From assembly GCF_014396165.1 (NCBI RefSeq), contig NZ_CP060715.1:450001-482000 (forward strand): a stretch of 32,000 nt of DNA. The letters are read 5' to 3'. Positions 1 through 7,850 of the stretch are shown in pieces. This DNA comes from Erysipelothrix inopinata (GTDB taxonomy: Bacteria; Bacillota_I; Bacilli_A; Erysipelotrichales; Erysipelotrichaceae). A program made the position numbers and the translations under genes. The notes under the pieces are model-generated. The model ran no database searches. It was not told the origin of the DNA and saw nothing but the letters and a program-made list of their open reading frames with translations. The first letter of the stretch is position 1; the number at the start of each line of letters is the position of its first letter.

Positions 1-29
1 CTTATCTTGCTAGGCCAAGATGCTGATGA

Positions 30-1403
30 TTATCCCAATGCAACAATTACAAAGTTGATGACAAAGAGTAATGTACTTCCATAAACAATCGGATGAACTT
101 CTTTTGCCTTACCGGTTGTAACTTTCACAAGAATGTATGAAATAAAACCAAATGCCAATCCATTAGAGATACTGTAAGTTAAAACTGTCATTAACACTGT
201 AAAGAATGCGGGAATTGCATCCTCAAAGTTCGTCCATTCAATATCCGCAAATGATCCTGCCATAAGGATTCCAACAACAATCAATGCAGGTGCTGTAGCA
301 GCAGAAGGAATTAATCCAATCACTGGTGCAGCAACAATACTGAGTAAGAAAAGAATTGCTGTAACAACAGAGGTTAGTCCTGTTCGTCCACCAACACCAA
401 TCCCTGCTGAACTTTCAACGAATGTTGTGACATTTGATGTTCCTAAAATAGATCCTGCTGTAGTAGCAACCATATCTGCGAAGAGACCGCGTTCCATTTT
501 TGAATTAAGCCCCGATCCCGTCTCCATTGCTTTTTCATCTTCATCAGTAAAAATTCCAGAGCGACGTCCTGTACCAATAAAAGTACCAATTGTATCAAAT
601 GTATCAGTGAGGCTGAAAGCAAAAATAATAGGAATAACTTTGAAGATATCATGATTTGTAAAGAGACTTACGATTCCTTCTTTACCCAGAGCAACACCGA
701 AAATACTCTTGAAGTCAGCGAAAACTGTTCCGTAACTGTCGGCGCCACTACCGATACTTGATATATCCACAATCCCCATTGGAATACCAATTATAGTAGT
801 CACGATGATACTGATTAAAATAGCCCCTTTAACTTTCTTTAACATAAGAATTAAAGTAATAGCAATACCAATAATTGCAAGCAACACATTCGGATCTTGG
901 AAATTGGTAAGACTTGGTACCCCAGCACTAAAGTTGATAAATCCAACATTTAATAATCCAATATATGCAATAAACAATCCAATTCCTGCCCCAATCGCTT
1001 GTTGTAACGTTTCAGGAATTGCTTTTACAAGCTGCTTTCTAATGCTTGTAACGGTTATAATCATGTTTATAACACCGCAAACAAATACCATCGCAAGTGC
1101 TTCATACGGTGTAAAGCCACCGATAATTACAACAGTATAGGTAAAGAATGCATTCAGTCCCATCCCTGGAGCTTGAGCATAAGGAATGTTTGCATAAAGT
1201 CCCATCATGAGTGTTCCAATAACTGCTGATAGAATTGTTGCGATATAAACACCATTACGTGGTAATCCAGTTTCAGCAAGCATTTGTGGATGCACAAATA
1301 ACACATATGCCATTGTAAAAAATGTTGTAACACCTGCTAATACTTCAGTACTGAAAGTCGTATTATGTTCTTTCAACTTAAAGAAATTTTCTATTTTTCT
1401 CAT
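30..1403 (-). CDS. pbuG: NCS2/AzgA-family purine (guanine/hypoxanthine) permease
   Basis: 457-aa polytopic membrane ORF. The N-terminus (FSTEVLAGVTTFFTMAYVLFVHPQ) and the APGMGLNAFF motif are typical of PbuG/AzgA-type nucleobase permeases. A guanine riboswitch lies directly upstream. Confidence 0.85.
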   Translation of the reverse strand: MRKIENFFKLKEHNTTFSTEVLAGVTTFFTMAYVLFVHPQMLAETGLPRNGVYIATILSAVIGTLMMGLYANIPYAQAPGMGLNAFFTYTVVIIGGFTPYEALAMVFVCGVINMIITVTSIRKQLVKAIPETLQQAIGAGIGLFIAYIGLLNVGFINFSAGVPSLTNFQDPNVLLAIIGIAITLILMLKKVKGAILISIIVTTIIGIPMGIVDISSIGSGADSYGTVFADFKSIFGVALGKEGIVSLFTNHDIFKVIPIIFAFSLTDTFDTIGTFIGTGRRSGIFTDEDEKAMETGSGLNSKMERGLFADMVATTAGSILGTSNVTTFVESSAGIGVGGRTGLTSVVTAILFLLSIVAAPVIGLIPSAATAPALIVVGILMAGSFADIEWTNFEDAIPAFFTVLMTVLTYSISNGLAFGFISYILVKVTTGKAKEVHPIVYGSTLLFVINFVIVALG

Positions 1404-1440
1404 TTTCTCTCCCTTGTATTTTCTTTGATTTAAACCAAAT

Positions 1441-1545
1441 AAAAAAGATCGGGAGAAACGATCCTAGGTTTCACCACGATAGTCGATACATTTACGGTGT
1501 ATCGGTAGATACTACCCAACCATATTTTGGGTATTATATTCGGTA
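1441..1545 (-). promoter_or_regulatory. Purine (guanine-type) riboswitch with intrinsic terminator expression platform
   Basis: The minus-strand RNA reads ACCGAAUAUAAUACCCAAAAUAUGGUUGGGUAGUAUCUACCGAUACACCGUAAAUGUAUCGACUAUCGUGGU. It matches the B. subtilis xpt aptamer core: UAUAAU, L2 AUAUGG, J2/3 AGUAUCUACC, L3 CCGUAAAUG, and GACUAU with the specificity C. It is followed by GGAUCG-loop-CGAUC and a U6 run (plus 1441-1463). Confidence 0.88.
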
Positions 1546-1593
1546 TAAATACACTTAAAGTGTAAAAGAACCCTATTTAAATGTCAAGGATAA

Positions 1594-3387
1594 CTATAAA
1601 TCGAATGGTTTATATGATGTTTGTTTAATTTCGAAGGTACCAAAGCCATTCGTATAAGCGATAACTTGTTGTTGATAATTAATAGAAAACTTCAGGTACA
1701 TTTCACCACGGATAACTATCATCTCTCCTTCGTAATCGGTACTTTGAATCGTTGCAGAAACATTAGTTAATTCTCTATACGCCTGCTTTAGAGAATAATC
1801 CGGAATTCGTAGTATAAATTCGCCTACTGGCTCAAGTTCCGTAAACTCAACTCGGCTCATTATTTTATGATACAAAACTTCGGTTGCATGCCTAAAGTCT
1901 GAAGGTGTACTCACTGGACTCGCAAATTCAGCTCCGGTTAATGTTAATTTAAAGTCTGTTATGAGTTTTCCTCTATAAGGAACAGAAACTAGTCTATCCA
2001 AACTTTCCACAATAGCATTCTGAAAGGATTGTCTTAAGTATCCTGTATTAATTTGCGTTTCATAGATAAATCCTTCACCGCAAGGCAGTGGATCAAGTTT
2101 GAATTTCATCGTTGCCCAGTTAGAGTTTTCAATGGTATTCATCAATACCCAATCTTCCACACAACCTCTTGGTGTCATTTTATTTTGAACCGAAACTGTA
2201 CCCAATGCCACCTTACAATGATAAGTTTCGTATAAAGTGTGTTCAATGACTTCTTTCTGAACCTCTCCTACTAAAATCAACTTAATTTCCTGAGTGATAT
2301 CATCGATTTCATATTCTAGAAAAGGATTAACATCTATCATTTTATTCAGAGCATCCAAGACTCTTGTGCGCGATCCTTTCTCATATTCTAAAGTTACTTT
2401 GTATTGACCTTGTGACCACACTGGCATGACCTTACTCTGGTCAACATTACCCAACCACTGACCAATTTTAAGGATATCAAATCCTTCAACGATTGCGATA
2501 TCTCCAGAATTTACCGTATTAGTTTCTATCATTTTTCCATTCTCTAAAACCCATAATCTACTGATTTTTATCATAGTTTCATTAATTATGAAGCGTTCTT
2601 GTTTCTTTATTGTTCCGGTAAAGATACGTAAATATGTCTGAATTTTACCTAGATGATTATATGTTTTTTTATATACAATTGAAGACAGATCATCCGATGA
2701 ATTCTTATCTGAGGACAACGTTTCTATCATATGAATTAAAGAACTAATTCCAATAGATTGGGTAGCTGATCCTTTAATAATTGGTATATATTTATTGTTA
2801 ATCACGGATTGATTCCATGCCTTTTCATAAATCTCATCGGTAACATCTTCATTTAGAACATGCTCCAAAAATGCATCATCATGGAGTGTTAACACATCAA
2901 TAACTTCTGATATGTTCTCAGCAATAGCTGCTCTATTATGAGTAAGTTCCTTTATACTATTAATCTGTTTTTCTAATGATGCACTTTCAATATCAATTTT
3001 ATTAACAAAGACAATAGTTGGAATCTTCAGCTCCTGCAAAGTATTATATAACTTTCGTGTCTGTGATTTGATGCCACCGTCATTTGCAGCAACCACCAAA
3101 ATTGCTAAATCTGTCGCAATAAGAGCTTGTTCTACTTCATGGATGAAATCCATGTGTCCCGGTGTATCAATAATATTTATTTTACAGTCCCCAACCGTAA
3201 TTGAAGTTGTTGCTGTATAAATCGAAATCCCTCTCTTCTTTTCGAGTGCATCGTTATCTGTAGTTGTTGTTCCTTTATCAACACTACCTAAAGTATTTTT
3301 ATTCATTGAGGTACTTAAAAGAGCTTCGGTTAAACTGGTTTTACCGGCATCTACGTGTGCAAGAATTGCAATATTTATTATTTTCAT
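1594..3387 (-). CDS. Tet(M)/Tet(O)-family ribosomal protection-like translational GTPase (EF-G paralogue)
   Basis: 597 aa. The N-terminus MKIINIAILAHVDAGKTSLTEALL...GSVDKGTTTTD...IIDTPGHMDF...VNKID closely parallels the Tet(M) G1-G4 motifs. It does not resemble the LepA, BipA or RF3 N-termini. It is about 40 aa shorter than canonical 639-aa Tet(M)/(O)/(W). Confidence 0.72.
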   Translation of the reverse strand: MKIINIAILAHVDAGKTSLTEALLSTSMNKNTLGSVDKGTTTTDNDALEKKRGISIYTATTSITVGDCKINIIDTPGHMDFIHEVEQALIATDLAILVVAANDGGIKSQTRKLYNTLQELKIPTIVFVNKIDIESASLEKQINSIKELTHNRAAIAENISEVIDVLTLHDDAFLEHVLNEDVTDEIYEKAWNQSVINNKYIPIIKGSATQSIGISSLIHMIETLSSDKNSSDDLSSIVYKKTYNHLGKIQTYLRIFTGTIKKQERFIINETMIKISRLWVLENGKMIETNTVNSGDIAIVEGFDILKIGQWLGNVDQSKVMPVWSQGQYKVTLEYEKGSRTRVLDALNKMIDVNPFLEYEIDDITQEIKLILVGEVQKEVIEHTLYETYHCKVALGTVSVQNKMTPRGCVEDWVLMNTIENSNWATMKFKLDPLPCGEGFIYETQINTGYLRQSFQNAIVESLDRLVSVPYRGKLITDFKLTLTGAEFASPVSTPSDFRHATEVLYHKIMSRVEFTELEPVGEFILRIPDYSLKQAYRELTNVSATIQSTDYEGEMIVIRGEMYLKFSINYQQQVIAYTNGFGTFEIKQTSYKPFDL

Positions 3388-3398
3388 GTTTTCTCCAT

Positions 3399-3431
3399 AT
3401 AAAAACCCCGAAAATATTCTTCACGGGGTTT
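3399..3431 (-). terminator. Rho-independent terminator/attenuator hairpin immediately upstream of the tet-like gene RBS
   Basis: Minus RNA AAACCCCG-UGAAGAAUAUUUU-CGGGGUUUUUAU, followed by the GGAGAA RBS and the ATG at 3387. Confidence 0.6.
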
Positions 3432-3458
3432 AAAATGAATCGAGTTTAAGAGTGAATG

Positions 3459-3542
3459 CTAAAGAATATTTATAGTTGCACAAAACACCGATGCTAACAT
3501 TGGTCTTTTGCGATTAAGTTTTACTATAATATTCTTGCGCAT
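3459..3542 (-). CDS. Candidate 27-aa leader peptide (MRKNIIVKLNRKRPMLASVFCATINIL)
   Basis: ATG at 3542 is preceded by GAAGGTGA with about 5 nt spacing. TAG stop at 3459-3461. It lies between a sigma-A-like promoter and the terminator hairpin. It is below the length cutoff of the supplied ORF track. Confidence 0.45.
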   Translation of the reverse strand: MRKNIIVKLNRKRPMLASVFCATINIL

Positions 3543-3562
3543 GCAATCACCTTCTTTAATTT

Positions 3563-3591
3563 AATATAACATTCCCATTGCCCAAAATCAA
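3563..3591 (-). promoter_or_regulatory. Sigma-A-like promoter for the leader and tet-like gene
   Basis: Minus strand TTGATT-N17-TATATT (-35 at plus 3586-3591, -10 at plus 3563-3568). It sits just downstream of the XRE gene stop. Confidence 0.5.
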
Positions 3592-3605
3592 GAAGTCTCA
3601 CTTCG

Positions 3606-4355
3606 TTATCGAGATTCGGGATGCATCGCATCATAGATATTCTCACCTAATACAATGAGCTGAATGATATTATTGGAATCCTCAACATCAATATCTTTTT
3701 TTACTAAGAAATCACAAATAATGGGGAAATGCTCGGTGACATAGGAGTCCATATCTTGCTTAAAAACTCTCCCATCACTCGTAAATACTTGAAACTGAAA
3801 CAAGTCTGGCTTAAGATCCATCGGGCTAATTCTGTGATATGCAGCATAAACAATTTTAACCTTAATGACGTCGTCATATCGGTAAGTTTGACTATATCGT
3901 GACCCATTAAATGTTGATTTTATCTTCTCTAAAAATGATTTGTATTCAATGATTGTAAGATTATTTTTGTTAATCACTATGCCGCCTTGCTTACCCATCG
4001 AAAACAACATGAGTGTCATGAAAATAAAAACACCAATAGAATACCATGGCGCGATAAACCTTCCAAAAGTTATCGCATAGAGAATTCCGATACCCAGAGT
4101 TCCTAAAATAAATAACTTAGGATTACGCTCACCAATCTTAAATGGTTTCTTTAAATATTGTGCTCCGCGAACTAATTGATCGATAGAAATATCGTACAAA
4201 TCGCTTAATAAAATAATGTTTTCTAATTCTGGATAAGACTCACCACGTTCCCATTTAGAAACAGCTTGCCGCGTTACATACAATTTATCTGCTATCTCTT
4301 CTTGGGTAAATCCATTCAACTCTCTATAATATTTTAAGTACTCATGTGTATTCAT
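3606..4355 (-). CDS. Membrane-tethered XRE-family (HTH_3) transcriptional regulator
   Basis: The N-terminal segment LNGFTQEEIADKLYVTRQAVSKWERGESYPELENIILLSDLYDISIDQLV is a classic Cro/C1 HTH. Two hydrophobic helices follow at roughly residues 80-120, then a C-terminal domain of about 125 aa with unknown function. Confidence 0.8.
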   Translation of the reverse strand: MNTHEYLKYYRELNGFTQEEIADKLYVTRQAVSKWERGESYPELENIILLSDLYDISIDQLVRGAQYLKKPFKIGERNPKLFILGTLGIGILYAITFGRFIAPWYSIGVFIFMTLMLFSMGKQGGIVINKNNLTIIEYKSFLEKIKSTFNGSRYSQTYRYDDVIKVKIVYAAYHRISPMDLKPDLFQFQVFTSDGRVFKQDMDSYVTEHFPIICDFLVKKDIDVEDSNNIIQLIVLGENIYDAMHPESR

Positions 4356-4475
4356 ACGAATTCCTCCTTGTACCTAAATTGTAGGCTTCTAAAGCCAATT
4401 CTGTCACGCAACCTGTGGTTTCCTTCATGATATATTCATTATATCAGTAAATATAACACAACTTACACACTATCC

Positions 4476-4506
4476 TTGACCTTAAACCTCCTTTAAGCTT
4501 TATAAT
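4476..4506 (+). promoter_or_regulatory. MerR-type promoter with 19-bp spacer and operator dyad
   Basis: TTGACC (4476-4481), a 19-nt spacer, then TATAAT (4501-4506). The spacer contains the perfect dyad CTTAAA-CCTCC-TTTAAG (4481-4497). RBS GAGGTGA and the ATG at 4526 lie downstream. Confidence 0.6.
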
Positions 4507-4525
4507 CTATCTGAGGTGATCTTTT

Positions 4526-5203
4526 ATGAAGATAAGTTTGGTTGAAGAAATTACAGGAATCAGTGCGAGCACAATTCGTTACTATGAACAGATTAATCTT
4601 GTTATACCCATTCGCGATGAAAACAATTATCGAAATTACTCCGATAGTAATGTAGAAACTCTCTTAGAAATTAAGTTATTAAAAAAACTAGGATTTCCTT
4701 TAAAAGTAATCGAGAAAATTATTAATAAAGAAATGTCGTTACAACAGGGAATTGATACTGCAATTCATAATTTAGAACAACAAAAAAGTGATATCGACGA
4801 TTCTCTACAACTTCTTAACCTTCTTAAAGAGAGTCATCATGATAAGAAAAAAATTGATACTCGAATTTATGTCGGCAAATTATTTGATTTTAAAGTAAGC
4901 AATCATCCCTTCATTGACTTTTGTGACTCAATTTCTGATTTGTTGGCTAAATATACGTTCACATTGAGAAAAGGATTCTACCCCGAGGAAATCATTTCGA
5001 CACCTCGAGATTTTACATTAGAGCTTTTAAGATATGCTCAAAGAGAAGAAAAAACACTGGAAATTCTCAATGAGAGTATGCACCCAGTGATTATAGTGAA
5101 CGGTCGTCAATACCAAGCAATCCGAACTTTTGAGAAATATGGTATTCCAATTGTATATTTCAAACCCAAATCTTCTTCGGATGATAACACAATACATCAA
5201 TAG
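4526..5203 (+). CDS. MerR-family transcriptional regulator
   Basis: The N-terminus EEITGISASTIRYYEQINLVIPIRDENNYRNYSDSNVETLLEIKLLKKLGFPLKVIEKI matches the MerR HTH plus wing. A coiled-coil follows, then an uncharacterised C-terminal domain of about 110 aa. Confidence 0.85.
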   Translation: MKISLVEEITGISASTIRYYEQINLVIPIRDENNYRNYSDSNVETLLEIKLLKKLGFPLKVIEKIINKEMSLQQGIDTAIHNLEQQKSDIDDSLQLLNLLKESHHDKKKIDTRIYVGKLFDFKVSNHPFIDFCDSISDLLAKYTFTLRKGFYPEEIISTPRDFTLELLRYAQREEKTLEILNESMHPVIIVNGRQYQAIRTFEKYGIPIVYFKPKSSSDDNTIHQ

Positions 5204-5298
5204 AAATATGATAATAATTATGATATTATAATTTTACTTTGGGTCCGCTACATGAATGTCATGACCCTTAATTTGTGACTAAATTAAGGAGGACCACT

Positions 5299-6261
5299 AT
5301 GATACATTTAAGTCATATTTCTAAAAATTATAAGGTTCCGATTCGAGATGGGGGAATCAAATCTGCACTTAAGTCATTTGTCCATCGAGAATATCGTGAT
5401 ATCAAAGCACTCGATGATATCAGTTTTGATATTCCTAAAGGACAAATTGTTGGCTATATCGGGCCAAACGGGGCCGGGAAAAGCACCACTATAAAAATAA
5501 TGACCGGCATCCTAAGACCTGACCATGGAATCTGTACGATTGACAATATTTCCCCATTTTCAAATAGAAAGCAACACGCTAAACAAATTGGCGTGGTTTT
5601 TGGTCAACGCACTCAACTCTGGTGGGATATTCCGGTCATTGATTCGTTCGAACTTATAAAGGATATGTACGATATTCCTATTGTTGATTATCATGAGCGT
5701 CTTGCCGAACTCACTGATTTACTAAATCTCAATGATCTGCTTACGATGCCTACACGACAGCTTAGTTTGGGACAACGCATGCGTTGCGATATCGCTGCCG
5801 CACTTCTACATGATCCGAAGGTATTATTTTTAGATGAACCGACAATAGGTCTCGATGCTCCTTCGAAAGTAGCAGTAAGACAATTTATAAAAAAAATTAA
5901 TGAAAAGCATCAAACAACAGTTGTCCTTACAACACACGATATGCAAGATATTGAGTCCTTAGTAGATCGAATTATTCTAATAGGCAAAGGAAAAATACTT
6001 TTTGACGGAAGTATGATGGAGTTAAAAAAATCTTATCCAATGCGTAAGAATCTAAAAATTCAATACGAAGGATCACTCCGTCCAAGTTCACACTATATAA
6101 TAGAATCCGACACAGGAAATTATGCAACCTTGCTGATTGAAGGTTCTGTTCAGAAGGCATTAACACAGCTAAATACCGACTTGGTTATTCAAGATTTCGA
6201 AGTTGGTAGCGAATCATTAGATGACTTAATAATAAAAATTTACGAGGATTATGATATATGA
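5299..6261 (+). CDS. ABC transporter ATP-binding protein
   Basis: Walker A GPNGAGKST, signature LSLGQRMR, Walker B VLFLDEPT, H-loop TTHD. The start is placed at ATG 5299 (MIHLSHISKNY), which follows AAGGAGG (5286-5292), not at the GTG at 5275 used by the ORF track. Confidence 0.9.
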   Translation: MIHLSHISKNYKVPIRDGGIKSALKSFVHREYRDIKALDDISFDIPKGQIVGYIGPNGAGKSTTIKIMTGILRPDHGICTIDNISPFSNRKQHAKQIGVVFGQRTQLWWDIPVIDSFELIKDMYDIPIVDYHERLAELTDLLNLNDLLTMPTRQLSLGQRMRCDIAAALLHDPKVLFLDEPTIGLDAPSKVAVRQFIKKINEKHQTTVVLTTHDMQDIESLVDRIILIGKGKILFDGSMMELKKSYPMRKNLKIQYEGSLRPSSHYIIESDTGNYATLLIEGSVQKALTQLNTDLVIQDFEVGSESLDDLIIKIYEDYDI

Positions 6262-7037
6262 GAATATATTTATCCTATTTTAAAATTCGTTTTGTATCTG
6301 GATTGCAATATCGTAGTGCAGCACTCGCAGGAATGATTACCCAAGTAGTTTGGGGGATTCTTAGCATTACTTTTCTCAACATCTTTAATACCAACGTAAT
6401 GTCACATGATAATCTTTCTACTTATATTTGGCTAAATCAAGCGTTTCTTGCTATAACTGCGATTTGGGCAACCGATACAAGCATCTTTGATCTTATTGAA
6501 AATGGTGACGTAGCCCTTGAAGCGCTTCGTCCTGTAAATCTTTATAGTCTGTGGTTTATTCGAAATCTAGCATTTCGAATATCGCGATGTCTTCTACGAT
6601 TTGCGCCTGTAATTATCACAGCATTTTTACTTCCAAGTCCCTATAAAATGTCCCTTCCAAGTTCACCTCTTGTTTTTATCTACTTCTTAATCTCATTAGT
6701 TCTAACATTATTAATAGTTGTGGCAATTACAATGTGGATGGCAATTTTCACAATTCATATTAAAACCTCTTTAGGAATTCGCACATTATTTATGGCTATT
6801 TTTGATTTGTTTTCAGGGACTAATATTCCTCTTATTTTCTTCCCAAGTTGGCTACAAAGAATTTTATCATTAACATTCTTCATTGGTTTACAAACTGCAA
6901 CTTTCAACATTTATCTCGGTCTTGCAAACCCGCTACCAACCCTAGTACTTCAATTTGTTTGGGCGGTTATACTTATTGGATCTGGTTACTTCGCTATGCA
7001 ACATGCTCTTAAACACTTAGAAATTGTAGGAGGTTAA
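6258..7037 (+). CDS. ABC-2-type transporter permease
   Basis: 259-aa polytopic membrane ORF. Its start overlaps the ATPase stop by 4 nt. Probable ABC2_membrane_6-like family, not verified. Confidence 0.72.
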   Translation: MRIYLSYFKIRFVSGLQYRSAALAGMITQVVWGILSITFLNIFNTNVMSHDNLSTYIWLNQAFLAITAIWATDTSIFDLIENGDVALEALRPVNLYSLWFIRNLAFRISRCLLRFAPVIITAFLLPSPYKMSLPSSPLVFIYFLISLVLTLLIVVAITMWMAIFTIHIKTSLGIRTLFMAIFDLFSGTNIPLIFFPSWLQRILSLTFFIGLQTATFNIYLGLANPLPTLVLQFVWAVILIGSGYFAMQHALKHLEIVGG

Positions 7038-7038
7038 A

Positions 7039-7803
7039 ATGAAACTCTACTTCAAACTGATTGGAATGCATTTTAAATCTCAAATGCAGCATCGAACATC
7101 ATTCATTACTCTCACAGTTGGGCAAGCACTCATGACAGTCAGTGCAGTGATGAGTGTTCTTATTCTTATGTCTCAGTCTCAAAATAATACAGAGTTCACA
7201 ATCATGGAAATGTTACTTGCGGGATCGATTGTGAATGCTACATTCTCTCTCGCAGAGTGTTTCTTCAGAGGCTTTGATTTATTTCCTCGACTGCTTGGAA
7301 ATGGCCAGTATGAGCGGATGCTTCTTAGGCCCAAAAATATTCTAATTCAGATTTTAGGAAGTACCATGGAATTTAGTCGACTCGGAAGAACTTTTGTTGC
7401 TCTTGTTATTTTGATATTTGTTTTACTTCAAGTCCCCATCCAACATGGTTGGATGATTCTACTGATGATACTTTCTGGAATCGTTCTCTTTGGTTCTTTA
7501 TTCATTATTTACGGAGCTTGCAGTTTTTACACCACTGATTCCCTCGAGGTCTTTAACATCTTCACGGATGGAGGGCGCCAGTTTGGTCAAATTCCATTTA
7601 ATCTTTATGGCAAGAATATTTTAGTATTCGCAACTTTCGTCATTCCTTATGCTTGTTTTCAATATTATCCACTGTTAGTTATTCTCGGAAAAAGCGTCTC
7701 CACGATTTATATGCTCGCACCTCTCGCATCGTTTATATTCATAATACCTGCCATGTTAATCTGGCAGCAAGGAATGCGTCATTATCAATCTACAGGTTCT
7801 TAA
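7039..7803 (+). CDS. ABC-2-type transporter permease (second subunit)
   Basis: 254-aa polytopic membrane ORF. It starts 1 nt after the previous stop and is a distant paralogue of the preceding permease. Confidence 0.72.
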   Translation: MKLYFKLIGMHFKSQMQHRTSFITLTVGQALMTVSAVMSVLILMSQSQNNTEFTIMEMLLAGSIVNATFSLAECFFRGFDLFPRLLGNGQYERMLLRPKNILIQILGSTMEFSRLGRTFVALVILIFVLLQVPIQHGWMILLMILSGIVLFGSLFIIYGACSFYTTDSLEVFNIFTDGGRQFGQIPFNLYGKNILVFATFVIPYACFQYYPLLVILGKSVSTIYMLAPLASFIFIIPAMLIWQQGMRHYQSTGS

Positions 7804-7810
7804 ATATATC

Positions 7811-7846
7811 AAAAGCATGACCAAGTATATTGATCATGCTTTTTGT
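7811..7846. terminator. Bidirectional intrinsic terminator between convergent genes
   Basis: AAAAGCATGA-loop-TCATGCTTTTT. The stem (7814-7820 with 7834-7840) is flanked by an A-run on one side and a T-run on the other. Confidence 0.6.
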
Positions 7847-7850
7847 TTAA

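Noticed and set aside
427-1140. ORFs 427-654(+), 443-652(-) and 805-1140(+) inside the permease gene
   Set aside because: They are embedded in or antisense to a confidently identified 457-aa permease. They have no RBS, and their low-complexity translations are typical of shadow frames.
2053-3449. ORFs 2053-2235(+) and 3264-3449(+), antisense to the tet-like gene and its leader
   Set aside because: These are shadow ORFs on the opposite strand of a well-supported CDS. They have no start context.
1594-4355. Tn916-like or other mobile element carrying the tet-like gene
   Set aside because: No integrase, excisionase, relaxase or conjugation genes are present, and no flanking direct or inverted repeats are visible in the window.
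5275-5298. GTG start at 5275 for the ABC ATPase (MTKLRRTT extension)
   Set aside because: The AAGGAGG sequence lies inside this extension, 6 nt upstream of ATG 5299, so the ATG is the more plausible start.
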